From Nageia nagi (lineage: Eukaryota > Plantae > Pinophyta): a stretch of DNA of 64,000 bases. The notes below the pieces were generated by a model. It was given only the letters and a program-made list of their open reading frames with translations, was not told the DNA's origin and made no database searches. Both the position numbers and the translations under genes were made by a program. The stretch spans positions 143,654,001 to 143,718,000 of the forward strand of contig JBITNC010000001.1 of NCBI GenBank assembly GCA_050084985.1, written 5' to 3'. This document shows positions 1 through 11,928 of this stretch, piece by piece (position 1 is the stretch's first letter; each line of letters begins with the position of its first letter).

Positions 1-1700
1 TAATTCCCCCATTCCTGATTCTATTTTGATTGATCCTTATTCTTTATAATAATATTTTTTATAACATATTTTGATCCAAAAGAATAATGATTATTATTAT
101 GTTTCATTTTCTTGTGTAACTTTTCATATATTCTCTTTTGATTCTTTCCTTTCTATGGCATAGACTCTTCATATTCTAATTATTCTTCACTTTTTTATGT
201 TTTTTATAAAGTATATTCATTATAAAGAACTTTTTTTCCTATTATTCATAATATTTGGAACAAATGAAATAACATTGATTCTCTTTGTGGAGTGTTCGCT
301 CCTCAATGTGAACTCTATTAAAATAGATGGTTATGAAAGCTTATGAAGATCTTATATAAAGAGAGAAGATCTACATCTTTGTAACAATAGGTATTAACTC
401 TTCTTTCTTTAATTTCTAGTTCCTAATATTTTTTACCTTTTATATTTTCTATTTTATTGAATAACATAAAAGTAGCTTAGACCTATACTTCCAATCATAT
501 TTCTAGGATCATTTTATATTTTAATTGTATACACCATTGCATCATGCTCAAATACTAAGCATTTTTGCAAGGTGGAAGGAATAGAATGTACAACATCACG
601 GTCTTCTTTGGAGGTTATTGTATATAAGCTTCTAATCCATGAAATAGTTCTTTGTTTCAATGGTCTTTGATCTCACTTGCATTGGTAAGTGGAGATACAT
701 GACATATTATTTTTATATATTATCAAATCCCTTGATTCTTATTATATACATTTTGAACTTTGAGAGTGACATTTCATCAAAGTATTTGATATTATTCAAA
801 GAGTAAATGTTGATCCCTAGTATAGTATCCACCAAGTATTCCTTTTTTTCTTTCATATAATCATAATATGAATGTGTAAATCTAGAGTGCAATCTATGAC
901 CTCTTGAGTTGGTATCTCTTTCTCATCAAATTGAATCATGTTAACTTGTCTCAAAGAATGAATGATATCTATAAAGGTACTTGTTAGAATGGTAGGATAA
1001 ACATATTCTTTATCTAATTTCTCAAGTAATTTAAGTCTAATATTTTTATAATTCATTAATAAATCAAGTAAATTAATCATATCAAGTTCATTTCTTAATT
1101 AATTAACACAATTATAAGTAAATTATGCTTAGAATAATAAGGTACATATTTTTATGAAGAGTAGTAGGGTTAAGAATATATCATTTTTTACCTCTTATGG
1201 CTAAATTAAATTCTTATTTATCTTCTTATTCAAGTATTATTCTTCAATATCATCATGTATAACCATATTTTCCATATTGACTATTTGATGATATCATTAT
1301 TTGTAGGAGGCTCAAAGATTACCCCATTCTCATATTCTACCTTACATCATCAAGAAGCTCCACAAGCATTTTCTTTAAATCAAAATAGTTATTCATAAAA
1401 TTATCTTTTACTTAATGATATCCATAATGTGCATTTTATTTATACCATCTAGTATTTTATTCACCTCCCATTAGTTCTTTCCCTTGAACTCTTTTTATAA
1501 AGCCTCCTTTAAGGTTATCTTCAAGCATTTTACTTTAGTGAATCAAGAGCTAAATAAATATTGTTTTTTTATTTCTTTCTTATTTTGATTCTTATTTTAT
1601 ACTAATTTCAATGGCATTAATTATCTTAGTAATTTTTATATATTTTTTACAATTAAATTTTGTTACATTTGTGTACTTTAATTGACCAAATATAACCATT
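1..1700 (-). pseudogene. Element D: degraded Ty3/gypsy (Tat-like) gag C-terminus and aspartic protease region
   Basis: Minus-strand translation gives 'NNYFDLKKMLVELLDD' (gag end, ~1340-1400), ORF 853..1080 'NLLDLL...IQFDEKEIP...LHI' (pre-protease segment), 'LVDTILGINI' (~810-835, degenerate LVDxG active site) and 'HSIPSTLQKCLVFEHD' (~540-595, the AVPSTLHQ-type motif after the protease). Many stops and frameshifts. Confidence 0.7.
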
Positions 1701-4317
1701 TCTTATTATTTTTTTAATCAATTTACAATCCATATCCATGAAAGGTTTATGTAAATGGGTCAAAACCCCTACACCTCAACCACTCAAAACACCTATGAGT
1801 GATTCCAAGGATCTTGATTCATTTGCATATAATTTTCCTATGTGAGTATTGACAATATTGACAAAGATAGGTTTTGAAAGTTGTCCTTTATAGTTCAATG
1901 TTGCAAGAAGCTATCTAGACTTAAAAGGAGTGACAATATGTTATTGAAGGTTTAAAACCACAAGTCTTTGGGATATTTCCTAACTCAAAAAGGTTGAAGC
2001 CTCCTTGTTCCATAATGAAAAGGAGACTAGAAAAGATTAAAATGCCTATTGTGCAACTATGATCTTGAAATATAAACTATACATAAAGTTTATAAGAGAA
2101 AACTTGATAAAGCTAGATGATAATATGGATAATATGTGATAAATATTGATCAAGACCTATGCATGTATAAATATTTTCATAATGTGATCAAATATTGCAA
2201 ATGAAAATGAATGGAATACAAATGAAGATAGATCTAAAGCTAGCAAGACTAATGACACAATAAAGATTATTCAATCCTTATGGATTTTACCTTGGGTACC
2301 AAACCCTAGGTATGAAGATTAGCCTATGAATTCCTATATATCAAAAAATACCAAATATACTATAAAAGAGAGGACACAAGTATTCAGTATAGATCTATTA
2401 AAGATTTAAAACCTACAAATACTCATGAAATAAATGATCAATAATATAAGCTCATCAAATAACCACAAGGTACCTCAATCCATAGTACATGGATAAGTGA
2501 TCCAAAGGCATGAATATAGAAGCTAAAAAATTTATTGAAACCCTTGGTAATAACATCACTTCCTTAGGAATCACATGCAATTAGGTATGTTAGATGCAAA
2601 GCTCATGAAAAAGGTATGTCTAACCTTGAAAAGTGAGCTCATATTAGCTTTTATAGACTTTAGATAGGATCATATAGATGATTAGCTAACCTATAGGATC
2701 ATCTAAACAATTAGCCAATCTTCCAAATGATAGGAACCAAGGTGTTAGAAATTATTTAAGGGTCAAAATGACATTAATTGAACATATCAAAAGTGTTGCA
2801 TAACATGTTAGATAGTCATAAAAGTAGATGATAGTAAAAATACTATAAATATCAGTATAACCCTATCAATAATATAAAATATGATTTTAGAATGTTTATA
2901 GTTTCCCCTTTTTATCTTGAGCTTCGAACTTATAAGAAACTAAGTACAAAAATATGTTAAATGATAAAGTAATAATTCATAATGATAATTGATATGAAAG
3001 CATAAAATGGTTAGGATGAGAGCTAGTTTCAATGTATGATAGGTTATATAAGATCATCCCATTCACTTGAACCAAGTTTGGTTTCTACGCATGATAATTC
3101 ATATAAGAATGAATCAAACATCATGAAAATTCAACAAAATATGGTTTTGATAGATTATAGGCCATATAATATAAATTTGGATCTTATCAAAATGACCTAT
3201 GATAAAATATGACAAGTCGATCAAGTAGTATGTAAAACATGAAAGCAAAAATTTAATCTAATTTATTCTAATATAATCTAAGTGCAAAAAGGGAAATGAT
3301 CTTTGCTTTGCCCCAACAGTTAAAGGGCAACATGAAAATACATAATATATACTTTTCCCTAGCAATTAAAAGGTGTTTGACTCTACTTTTCCCTACCAAT
3401 CCAAGGGAAGGAATGTAGCTTGCATACTTACTAAGTGTTAGATCGTAGCATGTAGACATATGAAACTCATATAAAGTATCAAATTATCTTTTATTTGCTC
3501 CAGTAGTTGAAGGGAAATGATTAGAGGCTTGTAAATATACCATGAATTGGATCATAATATGTAAACATACAATACTTGTGCAAAAATGATCATGATCTTT
3601 ACTTTACCCTAGCAGCTAAAGGGTGAAGGATAGTAGGCTACAAGACCTACCAAGTGTTAGATCATAGTCCATACACATGACATTTGACAAATATGACAAA
3701 GTTAAACATGATGATGTTTTAGTATGTTTATCATTAATCAATCACGTTGAATAAAAAATTATCCAATGAACACTCATGATGAAAGAAAGGTTGACAATGC
3801 ATCTAAAGTGGTCTTGATGAATTTGAATTATACTTACTAAGAATTGTAAAATTTTGATCAATCTAAGACTATGTGTGAAGCTCTCCCCCTCAAATGTAGA
3901 GGTGTGATGGATGATAAGATAGAATGCCTAACCATTTGTTTGAACAAGCTAGAAAATTATGATCACAACCATAAGTTTACAAAGTAAGACAATACAAAGA
4001 AAATTATTTGGAAGATTACAAGGTCATCTAAGTGACTAGGGTTTTGAGAAAATCATTTGTATTATTTGACCAAGGGAAAAATGAAAAATAAAAAACAAAA
4101 TATAGGGTTTTATTATCATTTTTAAACTCACAACTATTTGCATTTTGACTTGCATGAGCTCCAAAATGGTGAGGTACTGCTAATGGTTACTATGCTTGAG
4201 ACATGCCATTTTGGACTATTGTGGGACTTGTTAACTACTTTTTCTTATTAAGAGAAAAAGGGGATAGTAGGGATCTAAGATCCTCCTTTTAATGAGGTGG
4301 TCCTTAATGTGTTTACA
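1701..4317 (-). mobile_element. Element D: putative 5' LTR and leader
   Basis: Non-coding and upstream of D gag on the minus strand. The minus strand reads TGTAAACAC.. from 4317, similar to the TGTAGACAC start of element B. No second LTR in the window to confirm the boundary; PBS not recognised. Confidence 0.4.
3308..3627. repeat. Five copies of a dyad motif TT-N-CCC-(~YAGCAGYTAAA)-GGG-N'-AA
   Basis: Copies at ~3308, 3354, 3388, 3495 and 3603. Also a duplicated AAGTGTTAGATC(G/A)TAG at ~3433 and ~3652. Confidence 0.65.
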
Positions 4318-5235
4318 TAGTAATAATGGATTATGTTAAGACTTATGTTATTTTTCTCACAATCCTTTCCATACTTAGATTAAATACTTGCTCCACTAAT
4401 TCCAAAAAAGTAAGCAATTACTTAATGTTTGTAATTTGGCTGCATTAGACTTGCTCAAATTATCCAAGATATGAAGAAGGTAAATATGTTTCACACAAGT
4501 ATCTCTTCACTTATTGAATGAATATTTTTGCATTGTTTATATTTTTTAACCTTTTCCTCTGAATGTGTAATGACTTATTTATTTCAATCACAACTTTTCT
4601 TACCCTTAAATTAAATAATCATCCTCCCAATTCCAAAAAATTAAAGCAATCACTTAACTTTTTTTAACCATGTTGAAGAATCTTGCTCAAGTTAATCAAG
4701 TTATAAGTAAAGAATGATTCCTCATATAGATTGCATTGCACTTAGTTTCTTTTACTTATTTATTATGAGCAATTAGTTTCTTTACCAATATACCATACTG
4801 CATAGCTTGAACAACATATCACATTTCTTTCACTAACTTAAACATTGATTTCTTTATAATTTTGTGAAAATATAGCATTATATAAGTATAAGAAATGAAT
4901 TACTACATAGACTTCAAATTCATTTCATCATTTAAATAAGTATCAAAGAAATAAACACACATGAATTGAATGTAAAAGATACTATCTTATTATTACAGAA
5001 TCCTCAAAGTACAAATTTTAGAATTCAAAGTGCTAGAGAGCTACAATTGAGGCCCTTTTTCCTTTAAGTAATATGTAAAAGTAGTTAGGTTTGAAATAAA
5101 AACCCTAACTTATTTGAGAAAGTATAAATTTTAAAAATCTAATTATAGAATCATCAAAATTTGGCTAAGTTTGAAAATTAGCTAGCTTAAAAAAGACTAA
5201 CTTTGGATATTAAGGGAACAACAACTTTTCTAACA
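4318..5235 (-). mobile_element. Element E: partial 3' LTR
   Basis: Minus strand reads purine tract AAGGGAATTAAGGG immediately followed by TGTTAG at 5235. TATA-like TACTTAAAGG at ~5061-5070. Left part apparently interrupted by D. Confidence 0.55.
4335..4710. repeat. Degenerate ~235-bp direct duplication inside the E LTR
   Basis: GACTTAT..TCACAA..AATTCCAAAAAA..AAGCAAT(T/C)ACTTAA..CTTGCTCAA occurs at ~4340-4470 and again at ~4572-4705. Confidence 0.65.
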
Positions 5236-5249
5236 CCCTTAATTCCCTT
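5236..5249 (-). other. Polypurine tract (PPT) of element E
   Basis: CCCTTAATTCCCTT on + (AAGGGAATTAAGGG on -), abutting TG. Confidence 0.55.
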
Positions 5250-5289
5250 ACAATTCCATTGAGAACATAAATAATAACTAATATTCAAT

Positions 5290-8200
5290 TTATTGTTGAA
5301 GAGAGAGGAAATTGAGTTATCATTTTTGCAACCTTTTCCTTGATATCTCCTTTCAAGAAGTTACAAATTTTGTCATGACCTTCCATCAATCCTTGATATT
5401 GATAGATAGCTTATTGTGTTTCCCATTTTATGATTTTCAATTATGTAATCTTGACTTGGGGAAATTCAAGAGAGATAATGTTCATATCCTGCAAATTCTT
5501 CTTCAGGATCTTTTGATTTTAATTTCTTTTCCAAGATATTTTTTAGGATTTATTTAACATCATCATCACTCCTCCACTAGCTAGATTCATCTAGGGTTTG
5601 AATATCTATCAAATCAATAATATCCCTATTCTCCTAATATACCTTATAAGCCTCTTGTGTAAATGTTTGGCATCCTTGCTTAGCATTTGAAAACCAATCA
5701 AAAAGGAACAAAAATTCTTTGTAAATTCAACAATTATTCATTATTAATAATCTCTTGTTCAATTCTTGCTACATTTTCCACTTCATCTAGCCATTGCTTT
5801 GCAAATTTATTTACATCAACCTTGATAGCATACAATTGAAAGATTAATATTATTGAGGTAAACAAGGTAATGGTATGCATTTGGGAATACTTTGGTCACT
5901 TTGTCAATTAATTTATCAATCCTCTTATCAAATTCACAACATTTCTTGTATTTAGACTTCAATTCATCTTTATCAAACCCAAATTTATCAAACTCATTGA
6001 AATTGTTTTCATTTCACTTTTGATCTTATTTAACTATGATTCTTTCTCTTTTGCTAATTTTTTCAAGTTCTTTGTACCTTGATCTATATTGTATGCATTT
6101 TACTCAATTCAAAGTTGCCTAATATCATAATCCATAGTGCTAACATATATTTTTCTCTTATCCTTAGGTTTCTTAACATTGGTGGAAAGCTTTCTCACTC
6201 GTAGGGTCTCCTTTCCAAATTCTACCATAGTTTATAATTTATGAGAAATAGGGGTGGCTTCTTCACCTATAACCTCTACTACTTCTTCCTCTTTGATTCC
6301 ATTACTAATTTCCTCAATTATTTTAAGGTATGAATCAATATTTATATTTTTTAAGACATTCTTAGAGCTAAGCTGATCAATGGTCATGTTGTCATCGATT
6401 GAGATAATTTTCTTATCATGTTCCTCTTATTTTCTTTTCTTTATCCTCTTTTTATTCTCTTCATCATAATCATCATATCCATTACTATCATTGCCAACTA
6501 CTCTAGATCAATTTTTAGATAAATAATTTTGTGAACTTGAACTTTTATGAGTAAGAGATTTCTTAGGCTTAGATCAAGTGGTCAAGCACTTTATAGTTTG
6601 AGTAGATCCCTTGATGGCTTATTGTAGAGGGATACTCAAAACTATCCCTTCTTGATGGGAGCCTTCAAGGATGGAGGAAGATTAAGTGGTGATCAAATAT
6701 AAACTAGAAGAACCTTCATGAGAAATGGGTATATTTTCTTTAATCTCCCCTTCTCCTTCTTTAGAATCAATGATGTTTACATATTCTTCCTCCCCTTCTA
6801 TATGAGTGTCTATTGCTTGACCAAGGTCTTAATATTCTTTGAAACCCTCTTTGACTTTCTCATTATCCTCTTCTTATTCTTCATCTTCTTCTTTTCCTCC
6901 CACTTATTCTTCTCCTTGATAAATGCTATGACTCCTTGATCTTGAGATATGACCAAACTTTGATTGGTTATCATCATCAAAATCATTAAAGCTACTAGAA
7001 GAACTATTACTAGAAGAAGGATTTCTAGTAGGGACTATAGTATGACAACTTTTTATACTTTAAAATTGAGATTTTGAGTGTAAAATTGATGCATTAATTA
7101 TTTTCAAAACATCTACTCCTTACATTGAGTTGAACTAGTTAAATATGAGATCTTTTGTAAAATCTTATTTAGTTATTTATTGAGCTATAGAATGTAGTGG
7201 GAGACTCATAAGGATTTTATCTCTTGATGCTCCTTCTCTTTTCTCTATTTCTTCTTAAACTAATTGCTCTAATATCCTTTGAATCTCTAGCTCTGAATGC
7301 ACATTCCTAAATTTCTCTAGATGGCCAAGGGAATGATGTTTGTAATTTGTATGAGGATTTTGAAAAAATCTATCAACAACTCCCATTGGATCATAATTTA
7401 TTTTCAACACATGCCTCTTAAATTAGTACCCTTCAATTTCAAATTTAATGGTATCTACTTCCAACCAATTGTTACAACAATACCATGATAAGATGATAGG
7501 TATCTTGATTGGTGCTTCTTTCTTCTTGTTAGGAAATTTTTCATGAAAATAAAAGGCCTATCTAATAAATTCTAGAAACACCATTCTATCACTAAGATAT
7601 CATGGCAATTTTAGGCGAGCCACATCTACACCAAACACTCTAATGTAAGAATTATCAAATTCTTCCAAGTAGAAATCAGAAAACCTTTTTCAAAAAGTCA
7701 TAGGCTTCGATAGAAATTTTAGGTACATGTTGTGCTCCTTTCATCTCTTTAATTATAACATATTCCCATTCATTTGTTCTCATTTGAATATAACTCCACT
7801 CTTTAGACTTATGGAACTTGGGGTAGCCCATGTAAATAACTACCTTTCTATTGAAAATGATCTTTTAATATTGTGGTCCCTTGGTCAATTCTTTCCTTTA
7901 AGCAATAAAAAGAATAAATAGAACATATAAAATAAGGATCTTGTCTTCCTCACTTCTTTGAGCTACTCAATCATACCATCACTAATAACCTAACTCCAAT
8001 TTACGCTATCTCCTTTGTTGACTCTATACAAGAAATCGAACACATCCTTCTCAAAATGAAAATTAGTAGATTTACCCAAAATCTTGCATAAGAAGTTAAT
8101 GGCTTTGTTTTAGGTATCATGGAATAGGCACCTTTGGGTTTTTACTACAACTTGATGGGATAGGCCATGATGTTCTATCTTTAACAAAGATCAGATGAAA

Positions 8201-8700
8201 TCATTGGGCCTATATTTGTTATTGTATTTTTCATATTTTCAATCAACATCTTCTTGAATGAAAATAATCCCTTGATTTGACCAACCTATAACTTTCTCAA
8301 TACCTTATTTTTTCAAATCTAAAATATCTATTCCTTCTGCATCAGTGACCACTTGTCTTATGAAATTAGTATGCTCTATTACTTCTAAAACCAACTCTAG
8401 AAAGTTTATCAAAAATTAGATATATATGACTGTAAAGAGTCCTAAAGAATGGAGAACATATTTTTCTCTAACCTTATTTGAAATACCCTCTTCTTCCCTC
8501 AACATAAAAACTAGGTTGGTATGATTCTATTTTTGATCTCTTATGTTCTCTAGCCTGTCATAGTAATGGGCTCTTTGTTTGACTATTCCATCCCTCTTCA
8601 ATTCCACAAAACTACTCTTGGTAAGTTGAGAGTAACCATGAGATTCCTTATTTGACTTGCTCAACCTAAAAATAACAAAGATCAAATTTAGCCATCATCT
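5290..8700 (-). pseudogene. Element E: long accessory ORF remnant of unknown family (globular N-terminal part, S/D- and K/E-rich middle, helical C-terminus)
   Basis: The same frame at anchor points 8640, 8100 and 7680 gives protein-like text with isolated stops: 'FLELVLEVIEH', 'INFLCKILGKSTNFHFEKDVFDFLYRVNKGDSVNWS*VISDGMIE*LKEVRKTRSLFYMFYLF', 'DFYLEEFDNSYIRVFGVDVARLKLP*YLSDRMVFLEFIR', 'NYDPMG'. It ends just before the PPT. Start and end are approximate. Confidence 0.6.
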
Positions 8701-11700
8701 CAAGAAAAGGTAAAATGAGTGCAATTTTATCAAAATTTCATTTTCCAAAAATTACTATTTTTCTTCATTCGCATTGAGTTATTAAAATAATTAAGTGCAA
8801 ATATCAAATTTTAATTAATTTTATTTAAGTATGATCTTGATATGATGCAACAATTGAAGGCTTTTGTCACATTTATTTGAAGTGTAAGATGATGTAACTA
8901 AGCCATCTTCTAGTTTCCTTGAATTGAAGACTAAAATGATGTGATTATTAAATGATTTGATCAATTTTATTTCTTGGACTTAGTTTCTTTGAGTTTTGAT
9001 ATGACAAGAACCATGCATTATCGTTATAAGATGAGTCTCAACTTGATTCAATAGAATAGTTAACAATTTTGTGCTTGGTCACTGTGAGTTTGAAAATAAG
9101 TTAATATGATAAAAAGAAACTATGGTAGCTTCTAGTTAATTGTCAATCTGATGTGATAAATTTATGTCTTAGTCATTTTGAATAAATGTGTAATGCAATT
9201 CAAAAAGGAAAACAAATGGGAGTTTGATATAGCTAAGTCCTTCATGGACCTTCATATCCTTGTTCAGCTTGAAGAAGCTTACAATGAGGGGTGGCAATGA
9301 TGGAAGCTTTAATCATTGCAACTTAAATTTCAACACCATGCAATAACACCAATCATTTTGGCTCAACACTTAGTATGGTATGATGAAGGTAGATTCTTAG
9401 TCACTTAGGCTATATAGACAAAGTACTTCAAAAAAATTATAAACAAAATGCTACATAACAAATGTAGGGTCTCTCTAATTATTTATAGATGAAAGTGACA
9501 CACAGGGACACATGGTGATCATCAAAGAAAAATCACCCTAAATTAGATGATACAAACATGATGAATGAATGACTTAGGGGGGACAATTTGATCATGAAGT
9601 TGGCATGACTGATCTCTCCATGTCACTAGTATAGTGGATGCAACCAAAGTACCAAGTAAGTCACATCAAGATGAAAATTAGGATGATGTGATAAAGAAAT
9701 ATTAACTAGTCAAGGTTGATTACTAAGTGGATGCAACAAAGGAAACAAAAAATATAGTCACAATTTATTATTTAAAGTCAATTTATGGAAAATAAGGCAA
9801 TTTTAGTTTCTATATCATGATGAGAATTGACTTTCACTTGTTGGTGTCTTGAACAAGCACTTGGCTTTGAAATAAAACTTTTGATGCTTGAAATTCAATG
9901 GTTAAGTAGGATCAAGTTTCAGTTGTATCTAGTGTAGGTGCTTATGATCAAGCTTAGATAATGGTATTAAATGGTTTCATGGAAACCAATTTCCATGTTA
10001 ATGTCTATAATATGCTCTTACCTCTATGATGAAAGATATTACCCAATGATCCAAACTCTTTTTGTGAGAAAAAGATATGATCTAGATGAAAAGAGAATTG
10101 GATTTTTTAATTTTTTGATATTTTTGTTAATTAACACAAACCAAAAATCTTTTTCTAGATGCCTAAATTGAGGAAAAAGTTTGAACAAAATTATTGGTCA
10201 AACTTGGGTGGTAACAGGACTATGCACTACTAGTGTAGACTTTAGGAGATAATGACACATGGAGGGGATATGTGATTGGAGATAAATACCTACTATTATA
10301 ATTGGCCTAGCTAGAGGTCGACCCATTTGTGGCAAAAATGGAGAGGACATACCCAAGAAAAAAGATTGGTACCCCTAAAAATTAGCTTTTCATTTTTGAT
10401 TTACCATTTGTAAAACTAGGAGAGTAATTATGAATTTGCAACCTCAAGGGGGAAGTAAAGAATTTATACAAACTATAATACATGCTTTGCTTTTTTAAGT
10501 TAAATAAAAACATCAAGATTATAAATGATAAAAGAAAAAAAAGGAAGAGTGAAATTGTTGTTGGGTAATGGGTGTTGCAGATAATATGGGATAAATGTGA
10601 ACATTTGGTACATGATTTACAAATGAGCACCATAAACTTTGGATATAAAAAACCAAGTTGCAACTCAAAACCTAGGAAACAAATAGGTCCAAAAGACCCT
10701 CGTGAATATAAAAACCACAACATGACCACAAGAACCCTAGGAATAGAAACCAAGCTAAAAAAGTACATGAACCATAACAAAAAAGAAACCCTACTAAAAA
10801 ATATGCATTGATTTAACATAATAGAAGTAGAATTTATGCTTTATTACGTGAGTTTTGGATATGTAAAGAATCATTCCTAGATTATGTAATGAATGTGAAT
10901 GCATAAGAATGCATATGTTTTGAAGTTTAGTTATTTTTGCTTTTTTGGTAAATAAAAATGTGGGATTTTTTTTTCTTTTTTTTCTTACCTTACTATGGAT
11001 TATTCTCATGTTAGATGACCTAATTTAGGGATTGTTTGGGTGAGGAATGATCGAATGAGTCATCTACATGATTGGCCTCATCATCCAGGATCTAGAGTAC
11101 TCAGTTAAACTAGTCATCCCTAATAGGGATGATTTTGATCTAGGTGACCAAATTAACATAATTGATACATGAACTTAATAAGAAAATAAAACATGAGATG
11201 TAGATAATAATAATGACTAACATAGAAGTAGATAATGCATAATGATTAATAAATACTTAAGAACCTCAAAATTTATTATAGATGAAACTCAAGCATAAAG
11301 TTTCATCCATTTTGAATAGATGTTAGAGTGGTGCTGACCTAGGTAGAATGGGATTGGCTAGAGGTAGTTAGACTATTCAAAGCTACCAGGATACTCCTTA
11401 TTAAGGGAGATACATCATACATGATAATGCTTAGGGAGTGCTTTCATCTAGCTAGGTGCAATTTCATGCTTTTGAAAAAGGATATGACTACAACATTAGA
11501 GCACATATACAAGATATTCATGCTCTTGATGGAGGGAGAGTAGATCACTATGACTACTAATAGAGTAGTGATCAACCCATATGTGTGCAAGGGGTATAGG
11601 ACTTGGGACATGCATAATAGAGGGATTCTCATAGAACCCCTCTATAAGGATGGATGACTCAGATGGTGAGAGGTGATAATGATATTACTTATTTCATATT

Positions 11701-11928
11701 TTGTACTTCTAAATTTCTCTAGACCTTAGTTATTATGGAACATGTTTAACATTATGATACACCTGATCTAGGATTAGATAACATTACATGGGGGGCCATC
11801 CCTAGTAATCATATATATAATAATTTAGTAGCAATAGCTCAGGGGAGGAGAGGGGTCAAGGATGCACACTGATGAGATTAAGGAAGATTTTTAATTGATA
11901 CATCCCCATGAGGATGAGGCATTCCAAG

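Noticed and set aside
3308-3627. CRISPR array or rho-independent terminators
   Set aside because: Spacing is irregular, repeats are degenerate, there are no cas genes, and the context is a eukaryotic retrotransposon.
9570-9590. GACTTAGGGGGGACAA as a plus-strand PPT
   Set aside because: Not directly followed by TG, and there is no plus-strand pol upstream or matching LTR.
10382-10819. Longest ORF in the track (145 aa, hydrophobic, env-like at a glance)
   Set aside because: It is the reverse of an A-rich tract with low-complexity composition and no recognisable domain.
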